From Macrostomum lignano (Eukaryota), in the NCBI GenBank assembly GCA_002269645.1, contig NIVC01002020.1:124001-188000 (forward strand): DNA of 64,000 nt, in the 5' to 3' direction. The stretch's first letter is position 1, and every line of letters starts with the position of its first letter. Position numbers and translations under genes: made by a program. Shown here in pieces: positions 1 through 11,339 of this stretch. The notes under the pieces were generated by a model that saw nothing but the letters and a program-made list of their open reading frames with translations, was not told the origin of the DNA and made no database searches.

Positions 1-232
1 TTGATGATTCCCATATACGAGTTTGATGATTCTCATATGCTAGTTTGATGATTCTCATTTGATGATTCTCATATACAAGTTTGATGATTCTCATATAGGA
101 GTTTGATGATTCTCATATGCTAGTTTGATGATTCTCATATGCTAGTTTGATGATTCTCATATGCTAGTTTGATGATTCTCATATGCTAGTTTGATGATTC
201 TCATATGCTAGTTTGATGATTCTCATATACGA
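1..232. repeat. 22-bp minisatellite (TTTGATGATTCTCATATGCTAG)n, truncated by window start
   Basis: About 10 tandem copies visible directly. Confidence 0.95.
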
Positions 233-707
233 GTTAGACAATTCGAAGTAGTTGCCATGGCGCCACCAAATGCCTTCCGCAGTCGCAGAGAGCGAAGCAG
301 TCTTCGTAGCATGAAATGTGAAATTCTAATAATTGTCAGATCGGCCATGGCAGAGAAAAGAGAGAGATAGAGAGAAAGAGAGAGAGGTGGATCTGCACTG
401 AACCTCCTTCAATGGAATCTACTGGTAAGGCAGCATAAAAGAGGCGTGCTTTTCTGCATGGGGCAAAATTTTACTATAAAAAAGTTTGCGCCACCAACCC
501 CTACCCCCTACGGGCCACCGCAATCGAGTTGAGATCGATTTATAAAATTTACAATTGAGAGGCTCTTTTTGAGGGGAAATTTTTTGGCCCAGGACAGCTA
601 AAAGTGGAACTTGGAATTGAGTGACTCTCTTCCCTAAGACTGGGGGTTCTTGAACAATTTTTTTGACATTAAAGCTGTTTTAGTTTTCTTGTAACTGAAA
701 GAGACAG

Positions 708-1135
708 GGGCGCGCCAACCAAGAGATTGGGGGCGCCAACCAAGAGATTGGGGGCGCCAACCAAGAGATTGGGGGCGCCAAACAAGAGACAGGCGGCGCC
801 AACCAAGAGACTGGGGGCACCAACCAAGACACTGGGGGCACCAAACAAGAGACAGGCGGCGCCAACCAAGAGACTGGGGGCACCAACCAAGACACTGGGG
901 GCGCCAACCAAGAGACAGGCGGCGCCAACCAAGAGACTGGGGCGCCAAACAAGACACTGGGGCGCCAAACAAGAGACAGGCGGCGCCAAACAAGAGACAG
1001 GCGGCGCCAACCTAGAGACTGGGGGCGCCAACCAAGAGATTGGGGGCGCCAAACAAGAGACTGGGGGTACCAACCAAGAGACAGGCAGCCAACCAAGAGA
1101 CAGACGGCGCCAATCAAGACACCAAATATTGGCGC
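708..1135. repeat. 21-bp minisatellite (GGCGCCAACCAAGAGA(T/C)TGGG)n
   Basis: About 20 variant copies; explains the repetitive ORFs at 634-1427. Confidence 0.95.
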
Positions 1136-2304
1136 CACTCAGGGTATTTAAAACTCCTGGAGCGCCACTGACTCCAGACTTTATAGTTCCAGATCTCCTT
1201 GGACGGATAAACAGGAAAAATAGCCAAGGCAAAAAACTGCTTTGCAGAAGGGATAAAGGGATATAAGAATATTTGTGGCTGAATATTCCGCCAAACAGAA
1301 GGCCACAAGCCAGCAAGTTGTTGAGCTCCGGAGAATCGAGAGGTTGGTCAAGCACTGGACAGGAAAACAGCTTATTTAAGACTGCCTTTTTTGAAAGAAA
1401 ACAGAGCAACCCCTTGGCCGCGCACAATGCGAGAGAGAGACAGCTAAAAGCAGCTGCAAATTTTCAGTTCTCCCCTTCTTCAAGACTAAACTTGCTTTTA
1501 TTTTTTTTCTTAGCTAGGCATAAAATTCTGCGCGGGGATCAGGGACTATCGGTATTTTACTGTGGGATTAAAGCATTGATATTGTGCTGTGCGATTCAAG
1601 CCTCTCTACCTATTCTAGTTGATGCTAAAGAATAGATCTCTCTGTGTGTGTGCAGTTCCTGCTCAAGTGAGATGAGCCTCTCAGAAGGAGCTCACCTCCA
1701 AGACTTCATTATGACCGCGCCGGGCTCAGAGCGGAAGGGTTGCCCCACTGGCCCTGCTAAGACAGCCGTGTCACCCACTGCCGCACGGACCCCCCGTGGA
1801 ATCAATTTTAGTGCGAGATTTTGCCATTGAAAATCTGCAATGAACCCACCGGCTGGGCCACTCTGGCCCGTGATTGATTTTTCAAGTCTTTTCAGTCGCA
1901 AAAAGGCCCCAAAAAAGAAGAAGTATTATTAAGCTGCAAGGCGCTGGCTCACCAAAAAGATTTTATTGCCCAAAGCTAGCCCATTAAAAGTGATGGCTAG
2001 GGTGATGATGACGGAGCCTGAGGAGCCAAGCTTTTGTGGCTGTGGCGCACGCGGAGGCTATGGGGAGCTCAATAGCTTTTTTTAAATCGGGTTCCAGCCT
2101 CTGCGACATCAGATTTTGCTCTCTTTGGGGGCAAAAATTTTTCAATGCCGTCTCCAGCCCCGGCACTCCCGGCCGAAGCACTTCCGGCAAGGACCTGGGA
2201 GCTGCGGGCGAGGGATACGAAGGGGGGTCTGAGAATCTCGGGAGCAATGCATTGAGGGCTCAGCGGCCCCAGTGGCGGAGTCTGAGTGTCAAAAATTTTG
2301 TTTC

Positions 2305-2319
2305 GTTGCCATTGGCAAC
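2305..2319. promoter_or_regulatory. RFX X-box-like palindrome GTTGCCATTGGCAAC
   Basis: Matches GTNRCC-N0-3-RGYAAC; function not shown. Confidence 0.35.
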
Positions 2320-2599
2320 GAGTGGGAACTGGGAGAGAGAGGGAACCAAAAACTAGCAAAAGCTGGTGCCTGAGAAAATTAGAATGCTGGGAGCTTTTTA
2401 AAATTGTTCTGCTAATAAGAGCTGTTTTAGCACACAGAACTGCCCAGGCCATTTTTGTTGCTAGGATGGAAAGGAGACACCCAGGCCAGGTGGAGTTCTA
2501 TGGCACAGACTGACTTCTCATTCCACAGCCTTTAGAGCAAAGATCTCGTTTTGTTTATCGCGCTGAGGGTCGTGAAAGGCCATAGTCACCTCATATGAT

Positions 2600-3790
2600 G
2601 GGATATGAGGTTTGGGGATTGAGGTTTGGGGATTGAGGTTTGATGATATGAGGTTTGAGGGGATATGAGGTTTGAGGGGATATGAGGTTTGAGGGGATAT
2701 GAGGTTTGAGGGGATATGAGGTTTGAGGGGATATGAGGTTTGAGGGGATATGAGGTTTGAGGGGATATGAGGTTTGAGGGGATATGAGGTTTGAGGGGAT
2801 ATGAGGTTTGGGATGTGAGGTTTGGGGATATGAGGTTTGGGGGGATATGAGGTTTGAGGGGATATGAGGTTTGAGGGGATATGAGGTTTGAGGGGATATG
2901 AGGTTTGGGGATATGAGGTTTGAGGGGATATGAGGTTTGAGGGGATGTGAGGTTTGGGATGTGAGGTTTGGGGATATGAGGTTTGGGGGGATATGAGGTT
3001 TGAGGGGATATGAGGTTTGAGGGGATATGAGGTTTGAGGGGATATGAGGTTTGAGGGGATATGAGGTTTGGGATGTGAGGTTTGGGGATATGAGGTTTGG
3101 GGGGATATGAGGTTTGAGGGGATATGAGGTTTGAGGGGATATGAGGTTTGAGGGGATATGAGGTTTGAGGGGATATGAGGTTTGGGGATATGAGGTTTGG
3201 GGGGTATGAGGTTTGAGGGGATATGAGGTTTGAGGGGATATGAGGTTTGAGGGGATATGAGGTTTGGGGGGTATGAGGTTTGAGGGGATATGAGGTTTGA
3301 GGGGATATGAGGTTTGAGGGGATATGAGGTTTGAGGGGATATAAGGTTTGGGGACGTGAGGTTTGAGGGGATATGAGGTTTGAGGGGGTATGAGGTTTGA
3401 GGGGATATGAGGTTTGAGGGGATATAAGGTTTGGGGATATGAGGTTTGGGGGGTATGGGGTTTGAGGGGATATGAGGTTTGGGGGGTATGAGGTTTGGGG
3501 GGTATGAGGTTTGAGGGGATATGAGGTTTGGGGATATGAGGTTTGGGGGGTATGAGGTTTGATGATATGAGGTTTGGGGATATGAAGTTTGGGGATATCA
3601 GGTTTGGGGGGGGGTATGAGGTTTGAGGGGATATGAGGTTTGAGGGGATATGAGGTTTGAGGGGATATGAGGTTTGAGGGGATATGAGGTTTGGGGATAT
3701 GAGGTTTGAGGGGATATAAGGTTTGGGGATATGAGGCTTGGGGATATGAGGTTTGGGGACGTGAGGTTTGAGGGGATATGAGGTTTGAGG
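2600..3790. repeat. 17-bp G-rich minisatellite (GAGGTTTGAGGGGATAT)n
   Basis: About 70 copies; the 402-aa minus ORF is its translation. Confidence 0.97.
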
Positions 3791-4169
3791 GCATTAAGTA
3801 CTAATTCGTTTCGAAAGTGAGGCAAAAGTTAATATCGACACGTTGCCAAATTGAAAAGTTAATATATTTATCAATAGATCTAAAACAATATTGACTTGTC
3901 TGATTGCATATTAAATTAGCTTGTTAAATTAGCAATTATGTAATAGAATTTATTTCCTGTGTTAATACGATTAGGCTCAAAATTGGGTGCAACGATTCAT
4001 TGCCGCCTCAAGCCCATCTCTAGGCAGCCCGCTGCAGCCGCCGTGGGCCATAAAATGAGCAAAATAAGCAAATAAATTGCAGTTTCATTTCCAAGTCTCC
4101 TAAATGATATTATAAATGTGGCTCGTATTCTATTTTTTACGTTAAGCACAAGAGGCCGAGAGAAGAGCT

Positions 4170-4183
4170 GTAACCATGGCAAC
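4170..4183. promoter_or_regulatory. RFX X-box GTAACCATGGCAAC
   Basis: Canonical X-box match about 1.2 kb upstream of the castor exon. Confidence 0.4.
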
Positions 4184-4201
4184 TGAGCTAGACTCGACCA
4201 G

Positions 4202-4202
<1 letters not shown>

Positions 4203-4275
<73 letters not shown>
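4203..4275. repeat. (GA)n microsatellite
   Basis: Direct observation. Confidence 0.97.
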
Positions 4276-4279
<4 letters not shown>

Positions 4280-4639
4280 CCAGTTGAAAAGAAGAAAAAC
4301 TTCACTAATTGAAAGCTTTTTGCAGTCTTCTTTTGTTATTGCAGTCGCGAAAAATATTGTGGAAAACTGCTCAACTACCCACAGAATTCGTACAAAGTTT
4401 GTCAGGCATGTGGCACATTGTAAACTGTTTTATTTAATTCCATTTAGTATCCAAACCCCTGTGCGGCTCATTGCAGCGCCCTCTACCACGGCACCAAATG
4501 GAGAGTTCGATGGTCTGTGCTTGAACAAGCCGTCCCTCTTCAAAGGTACACACGGATGCTTTGACTGGGTGGTAGACTGCTAGGATGGCTATAAAAGCAA
4601 TTGAGGAAGTGCCATAAACTTGCAATCCAAAGGCCCCTG

Positions 4640-5228
4640 AGTCTAAAGCCTTCCCGAGCAGTCTACTGCTTCCTTGAGTAGCCTACTGAGTAACCCACAG
4701 TCTCTTCCTGAGTAACCCACAGTCTCCCCCTGAGTAACCCACACAGTCTCCCCCTGAGTAACCCACAGTCTCCCCCTGAGTAACCCACAGTCTCCCCCTG
4801 AGTAACCCACAGTCTCCCCCTGAGTAACCCACACAGTCTCCCCCTGAGTAACCCACAGTCTCCCCCTGAGTAACCCACAGTCTCCCCCTGAGTAACCCAC
4901 ACAGTCTCCCCCTGAGTAACTCACACAGTCTCCCCCTGAGTAACCCACAGTCTCCCCCTTAGTCTTCCCCTGAGTAACCCACAGTCTCCCCCTGAGTAAC
5001 CTCCTGAGTAACCCACAGTCTCCCCCTGAGTAACCCACGGTCTCCCCCTGAGTAACCAACACAGTCTCCCCCTGAGTAACCCACAGTCTCCCCCTGAGTA
5101 ACCCACAGTCTCCCCCTTAGTCTCCCCCTGAGTAACCCACAGTCTCCCCCTGAGTAACCCACAGTCTCCCCCTTAGTCTCCCCCTGAGTAACCCACAGTC
5201 TTCCCCTGAGTAACCCGCAGTCTCCCCC
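4640..5228. repeat. 22/24-bp minisatellite (CAGTCTCCCCCTGAGTAACCCA[CA])n
   Basis: About 25 copies. Confidence 0.95.
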
Positions 5229-5367
5229 GAATAGCCCCTAGTCTTCATCAGTAAGCAACAAAAAAATTCGCTTAACCCCAAACCTTCCTAAAGTGTCCAT
5301 GGCTATGAAAAATGCTACTCAGTACTGACAGTAGTATGATTGAATTTGTGAGATACAGTAATTGCAG

Positions 5368-8079
5368 ACTTATCATAAGCACCTCAGTGCAGCTCCAAAT
5401 CCAACCGATCTACGCGCAGGCAAACTGGCGCAGACTCTGGAAGCCGCAGAAGCCTCTACCAATGAGCCGCAGCCTCATCAACAGCAGCAGCCTCTGCTGC
5501 CGCAGCTGCAGCCGCCGCCGCCGCAGCGGCCGGAGTCCTACATCCGACGCTACTTGGGCTTCGAGAACTGCGGCGATCCGGGCTGCCGCAGCGCCTGCGT
5601 CCGCGAGCACTACCACTGCGGCGACTGTCGACGGCCACTCGGCCGGCGCGAGGAGATGATCCGGCACGTGAAATGGCACAAGAAGCGGGCGGAGTCGCTG
5701 GCCTTGGGCTTTCTGCGCTACTCCCCAGCTGACCAGTGCGGCAGCTCCACCTGCAGCTTCAACGGCCGCCAGACGCACTACCACTGCGCCCACCGGGGCT
5801 GCGCCAAGGTGTACATCAGCACCTCTGATGTGCAGATCCACGCCAATTATCACCGCAAAGATGCGGCAATTATTCGCCAGGGTTTTCAGCGGTTCCGCGC
5901 TACTGAGGAGTGCCCGGACTCGACCTGCCAGTACCAGAAGGAGAGAACCACCCACTTCCACTGCCTGCGGCCCAACTGCTCCTTCACCTTCAAGAACAAG
6001 ACGGACATGGAGAAGCACAGGGGTCACCACGCCCGCAACGATCAGTTCGCCAGGGACGGCTTTCGAAAGTACATGAAGTACGAAACTTGCGAATTTGCCG
6101 ACTGCAAATTCTCCCGGCTGATGAACCACATCCACTGCATCCGGGAGGGCTGCGACTTTGTTGTGCATTCGTCCAGCCAGATCCTCTCCCACTGCCGCAA
6201 GCACGAGCGGCGCGGCCGGGATGATTCCGGATCGGCAGCGGCTGCGGCAGCTTCGGGCTCGTCGGCAGCCGACTTCAACAATGCACAGGACGCGGCTGTC
6301 GAGGAGCATCAAGAGGATGACGATGTCAGCGGAGATGACAGCCGGTACGCAATCGTGGCCGACCGGGCCACTCTGGCGGAGCTGGAGGCCAGCCGAGCGG
6401 CGGTTCGGGCCAAGCTGGAGGCGGCCGACAAAGACCAGCTGCTACTCGGCCACTGCAAAAGATTCACAGCAAACGATCCGTGCCAGGCCAGGTGCGAACT
6501 GCTGTTCAAGGACCACCAGCACTGCCTGCTGTGCCCCGCTACCTTCCGGTCCAAGGAGCGCGCCAGGGACCACGCCAGGTTGCACTTTCTGGACGGCGAG
6601 TTCGCTGCCGCCCTGTTCTACCGGCACCAGCCAGAAGAGGCCTGTCCGCACTGCTCAGACTCCGGCTCGGTCCACCTGCACTGCCGCTACTGCCTGGCCC
6701 GGCCTTCCGCTGACGGCGAGGCGGAACAAGCGGCAGCCCCTCCGCTGGCCTGCCTGAACCATGTCCGCTGTCATGAGGCCGTCCAGCTGCCGCCGCCGAT
6801 CCCGCCGACTTCTAAGGCTGATCAGCAGCAGGCTGCGGCGGCGGCGCCGAGGCTCGAATGGCAGCAGCGGCGGCGCGGCCGACCGCCGAAGTCGGCATCG
6901 TTAACGACGTCGTCAAGCGTCTCGATTGCCGCTCAGCCTCAGCCGCCGCAGCTGGAAGCGAGTCCCGAGGCTCTGTTTGACGACGGCTCGCTGGCGCTGC
7001 TCCGGCGGGAGCACTTTCTGGCGGCCAGCAGCGGCGGCCGGCCCATCTGCGGATTCCGCATGGCTGGCGCTGCCGACAGTCCGGAGGCCTGCGGGCAGGG
7101 GGACAGCGGCTGCCCCTTCGCCGACTCGTCTAACGTCGTTGAGCACTTCCACTGCGTCCGGCCACGCTGCAACTGGGCCTCGGACAGCTTGGCCGAGCTT
7201 AACGAGCACCGGCGAAGCTTCCACGGCCAACTGGGGGAGCTTCCGCCAGGCTTCGAGTATTTCTCACCCCGGGTCGCCTGCCGCTGGCCGGGTTGCCAGC
7301 GCAGCGGCTCCGCCGGCCATTTTCACTGCGTCAGGCCACGCTGCGGCTACGTCTTCGTCCGGCCGACCACCATGGCCGCCCACCTGGCCAAGCACGAGGC
7401 CGCCAACGCCTCGCTGCCGGCACTGCCACCACCGCCACCGCCGCTGCCGCCGCTGCTGCAGTACCCCAGCCAGCCGCTGCTCTACTCGGCCGACTGTCCG
7501 TGCGGCCGGCCAGCCTGTCCGCTGTCCGAGCGGACCCACGCGCACTGCTCGCATCCCGACTGCGACGGCGCCTTCGCCGACGCCCAGCAGCTGCGCAGTC
7601 ACAGCTGCGTTGGCCGACCGGCCGCCACGCCCGGGGGTCGAGCTCCGGACTCCGCCGCTGCCGCAGCCGCAGCAGCCGCAGCCGCAATGGCAGCCGCTGC
7701 CGCAGCCTCTTGGCCGATGGGGATTCTTGTCGATCATTTCGAGCGATTCCCCAGCTCATGCGGCGTCGCCAGCTGCCCATTCGGCTGCCCGCACGCGCAC
7801 TGCACCCTGTGCCCGGAGTTCCGCTCCGCCGATCCCAAGCTGCTGGCCGAACACGCGGCTGCTCACGCGGCCTCCGCAGCCGCCGCCGCCACCGCCGCAG
7901 CTGCCGCCGCCGCCGCCTCCGCCGCACCGACGGAAGCCTCAGACGAAGCTGAAGTGAATGATAGCGGTGCTGATGCCGCTACTGATGGAGATTCCGATGA
8001 TGAGGAAGGAAACTGTACAGCCTCATCAGAGCCTGCTGATTTAACGGCTGTATCAGCGGCTTTTGTACCGCACTACTAG
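5368..8079 (+). CDS. CASZ1: Castor-family zinc-finger transcription factor, large 3' coding exon; 5' exon(s) not located
   Basis: Signature castor fingers YHRKDAAIIRQGFQRFRATEEC...THFHCLRPNCSFTFKNKTDMEKH...DGFRKYMKYETC...NHIHCIREGC...HCRKHERR; AT-hook-like RRRGRPPK; acidic tail. The ORF track starts on TTG at 5362, which overlaps an acceptor (aattgcag|act), so the exon probably begins at 5368. Confidence 0.9.
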   Translation, partial: TYHKHLSAAPNPTDLRAGKLAQTLEAAEASTNEPQPHQQQQPLLPQLQPPPPQRPESYIRRYLGFENCGDPGCRSACVREHYHCGDCRRPLGRREEMIRHVKWHKKRAESLALGFLRYSPADQCGSSTCSFNGRQTHYHCAHRGCAKVYISTSDVQIHANYHRKDAAIIRQGFQRFRATEECPDSTCQYQKERTTHFHCLRPNCSFTFKNKTDMEKHRGHHARNDQFARDGFRKYMKYETCEFADCKFSRLMNHIHCIREGCDFVVHSSSQILSHCRKHERRGRDDSGSAAAAAASGSSAADFNNAQDAAVEEHQEDDDVSGDDSRYAIVADRATLAELEASRAAVRAKLEAADKDQLLLGHCKRFTANDPCQARCELLFKDHQHCLLCPATFRSKERARDHARLHFLDGEFAAALFYRHQPEEACPHCSDSGSVHLHCRYCLARPSADGEAEQAAAPPLACLNHVRCHEAVQLPPPIPPTSKADQQQAAAAAPRLEWQQRRRGRPPKSASLTTSSSVSIAAQPQPPQLEASPEALFDDGSLALLRREHFLAASSGGRPICGFRMAGAADSPEACGQGDSGCPFADSSNVVEHFHCVRPRCNWASDSLAELNEHRRSFHGQLGELPPGFEYFSPRVACRWPGCQRSGSAGHFHCVRPRCGYVFVRPTTMAAHLAKHEAANASLPALPPPPPPLPPLLQYPSQPLLYSADCPCGRPACPLSERTHAHCSHPDCDGAFADAQQLRSHSCVGRPAATPGGRAPDSAAAAAAAAAAAMAAAAAASWPMGILVDHFERFPSSCGVASCPFGCPHAHCTLCPEFRSADPKLLAEHAAAHAASAAAAATAAAAAAAASAAPTEASDEAEVNDSGADAATDGDSDDEEGNCTASSEPADLTAVSAAFVPHY

Positions 8080-8394
8080 TGCTGCACTCTCAGTAGTAGC
8101 ATTGGCAAACTATTGATAAAAATATTAATAGTGTAGTTGCCTTTACTCAACTTATTGCCTTGAATTCTGTTCTCCCTTCCTTTTGCCTTTTTCAGTGAGG
8201 TGATGGGAATTTGTCAAACTGTTTACCCCGATAATTCACTATTTATTCTACAAGTTCACCTTCATGCTCTTCTGTAATCAAGCCTGGCTTCTATTGGCTC
8301 TTATTTCATTAAAATACATTTTTGATTGAACTCAAAATTAAAAATGCTTTTGAATCCGAGAATCAGAAAAGTTCTGCTTTTAAATTTCTTTGGG

Positions 8395-9256
8395 GCACTT
8401 CAGTGAGTGCTGAGCCCCCCCCCCCCAAGGCACTTCAGTGAGTGCTGAGCCCCCCAGGCACTTCAGTGAGTGCTGAGCCCCCCCCCAATGCACTTTAGTG
8501 AGTGCTGAGCCCCCCCCCCAATGCACTTTAGTGAGTGCTGAGCCCCCCCCCAATGCACTTCAGTGAGTGCTGAGCCCCCCGCCCAATGCACTTCAGTGAG
8601 TGCTGAGCCCCCCCCCAAGGCACTTCAGTGAGTGCTGAGCCCACCTCCCCAGGCACTTCAGTGAGTGCTGAGCCCCCCCCCAGGCACTTCAGTGAGTGCT
8701 GAACCCCCCCCCAATGCACTTCAGTGAGTGCTGAGCCCCCCCCGCCCAATGCACTTCAGTGAGTGCTGAGCCCCCCCCCGCCCAATGCACTTCAGTGAGT
8801 GCTGAGCCCCCACCCGCCCAATGCACTTCAGTGAGTGCTGAGCCCCCACCCGCCTAATGCACTTCAGTGAGTGCTGAGCCCCCACCCGCCTAATGCACTT
8901 CAGTGAGTGCTGAGCCCACCCCCCCCCAAGGCACTTCAGTGAGTGCTGAGCCCCCCCGCCCAATGCACTTCAGTGAGTGCTGAGCCCCCCCCAGGCACTT
9001 CAGTGAGTGCTGAGCCCCCCCAGGCACTTCAGTGAGTGCTGAGCCCCCCCCCAAGGCACTTCAGTGAGTGCTGAGCCCCCCCCCCCAAGGCACTTCAGTG
9101 AGTGCTAACCCCCCCAATGCACTTCAGTGAGTGCTGCGCCCCCCACCACGCCCAAGGCACTTCAGTGAGTGCTGAGCCCACCCCCCCCCCCCAAGGCACT
9201 TCAGTGAGTGCTTACCCCCCCTTCCCAAAGCACTTTAGTGAGTGCTGAGCCCCCAT
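8395..9256. repeat. ~33-bp minisatellite: constant GCACTTCAGTGAGTGCTGAG plus variable C-tract linker
   Basis: About 25 copies between the convergent 3' ends of castor and the LamG gene. Confidence 0.95.
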
Positions 9257-9548
9257 TGAGAAAAATTGAGCCCCTTTAACGATTCTCTCCATGCAGGCAG
9301 CTGTAAGCTAGCAGTTTCTTTTCATTTTCCAGTGTATGCGACATCGCGTGAGTGGAATACTTATGTTAGCCCGTGGGAATTTCAGTAAGGCCATTTTCGC
9401 AAAGCTTCTGCTGATACATCACCTGCAGCACAGGTGTTCAACCCAGTGTGCATACAATGAGGCGCTGCAGCATATTATTAACAAGCCCACTCGAGTAACA
9501 TTGAAACAAAAAGCAGTTCTCAGGACGGTAAAACCGAAATTTGACACT

Positions 9549-10493
9549 TCAAGGGAGAGATGCGAAGAACTGGGAAATTTCTCGCTCTGTCATGGAGGCA
9601 TTGGCGATGGCTACGGCCTTGACGGTGGCTTTGAGGAAGCTTCCGTAGTGCCGGCGACCAACTTGAATCACGTAGCAGGGCCTGGGCGACATTCGGTTCG
9701 AGTACTTCGTCACGACAAAGGAGCCATTGAAGTAGAGATTGCAGTTCCTTTCAGACCGGCTCACTCCAATGTCGATCCAACTTTCCGCATTCATCGGAAG
9801 CACATTGGAAGTTACAAGTGCTTCTGGAACACTGTAGTACAGCAGTCCTGGATTGTCGAATTCCCACAAATGCGGACCCCATCCAGCCAGATTATCACAC
9901 TGGCCGGCCTCCATGAACGGCTGGACTCTCGGCTGCCTCTTCAGCCGCAGCAGCCAGGTGAAGGAGCCCCCGTTCACTACGTTTCCCACATCCTCGGTCG
10001 CCGCGTACGAAGACGCCCCGTCGAACTTGGCTCCGTCCTCAGTCCAGTCCACGTTCTCGCTGTGCAGCCGGTAGTTGCCGGGCTCGGCCTGGCACACGAG
10101 GTTGTCGAACCGGCTGCCGCCTCCTGCCAGCCACACAGCCACAAAGTGCGCACCGACCGACTCGGAGCAGTTCGACAGAGACGAGAAGCGGTACACGCTG
10201 CACCGGCTGTCGCTCGGAGACTCGGTCGCGTTGCGGGCCTGAATGTGCCGGCACACCGTCTGGTAGCGGAAGAGGCAGCACGCAGCGGTGCGCTCATTCC
10301 ACTGCGCAACCAGGTCTCCGGGACTGGCGCCCGCCTTCATCATGCAGGGCGCCACACTGGGCGCCTTCCAGCAGCCTTGAGCGACGGTCTCGTTGAGGCA
10401 GCGGTCGCCGAGTTTGCACCACTTCGTCCTGCAGCCGGCGGAGACGGCTGTAACCACGAAGGTCAACAGAAGAATGACGCAGAGCCGTGACAT
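9549..10493 (-). CDS. Intronless secreted protein: signal peptide, Cys-rich N-terminus, C-terminal LamG/concanavalin-A-like domain
   Basis: ATG at 10493 (MSRLCVILLLTFVVTAVSA|GC); AKFDGASSY, SFTWLLRLK, WIDIGVSR...NLYFNG, VAIANASMTEREI resemble the LamG_3/pentraxin-like beta-sandwich pattern. Confidence 0.7.
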   Translation of the reverse strand: MSRLCVILLLTFVVTAVSAGCRTKWCKLGDRCLNETVAQGCWKAPSVAPCMMKAGASPGDLVAQWNERTAACCLFRYQTVCRHIQARNATESPSDSRCSVYRFSSLSNCSESVGAHFVAVWLAGGGSRFDNLVCQAEPGNYRLHSENVDWTEDGAKFDGASSYAATEDVGNVVNGGSFTWLLRLKRQPRVQPFMEAGQCDNLAGWGPHLWEFDNPGLLYYSVPEALVTSNVLPMNAESWIDIGVSRSERNCNLYFNGSFVVTKYSNRMSPRPCYVIQVGRRHYGSFLKATVKAVAIANASMTEREISQFFASLP

Positions 10494-11339
10494 TGTTGCG
10501 AGGTTGTTTTGCTCTTTGAATGGATCGTGGGCTTGCTCATTGCTCCAATACATGAATGCAGAAGTTGATACAGGCCTTTTGTCACTGCTCCCGTGAAGCG
10601 ATTGGCTGCTACCAAAGGAGGTGAACCTGTCTCATGCATTCCAACTTGCTGTCATTCGTGGTCTCAGTTAACACTGTTGTCCTTGAGCGAGACTGGCAAG
10701 CAAATTCAAATTTCTTCTAGTTTAGAAACTGACTGAATAGGAAATTTTCTTCACTGAAAATTGGCGGACCATCGCAAATGCCTGAGGCCGGGGAGGGTCA
10801 GCAGCTTTCATTCCATGTTTTTGAGATATACATGTAATCCCTTCCATCCCCTCCTTCCATATGCTTCTAGCGCCATGACTTTCCCCTCTCGGTTGTTCTG
10901 CGAACGCGTCCGCGCAAAATCTAGCTACAGACAAAGATCTCTTTTTGTCTGTGCTACTCTGCGTCGCTATGGGATATATATGTGGCGCAAGTGGCATCCG
11001 CTCAGAATTCTGCGATTGAGGAAGCTACAGACATGCTTGATTGGGGTTCCTCAGTGCGTGCGTCTCCACAGGCACCCCAGCGCTATCCCCCCCCAATTCA
11101 AACGATATACGAGTACACAATACGCTCGTAGATACTTTTTAAAAGTCAAGCGCGCGTGTCAGACGCGTTTTACCCATGCGTTTTACCGCTAAGCTGCTCT
11201 GCCTTCAACGATAGGTAGAAAATAGTCTATGGCAAACAAATTTATATTCTATAAATTTGAATCTCTACTGAAGTCAACCAAATAATTCAAGCTATCGATC
11301 CAACTCCAACTTGCCGCCTCCCCAGCCCAAACAGTCGCT

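Noticed and set aside
5410-7957. Multiple overlapping ORFs in other frames of castor (likewise over CCDC96 exon 2, GIGYF exon 3, synaptotagmin-like exon 1)
   Set aside because: Shadow ORFs typical of GC-rich coding DNA.
8395-9256. CRISPR-like repeat-spacer appearance
   Set aside because: Linkers are homologous C-tract variants, not unique spacers; eukaryotic context and no cas genes.
9336-10490. 384-aa plus-strand ORF
   Set aside because: Antisense shadow of the LamG-like gene; no recognisable motif.
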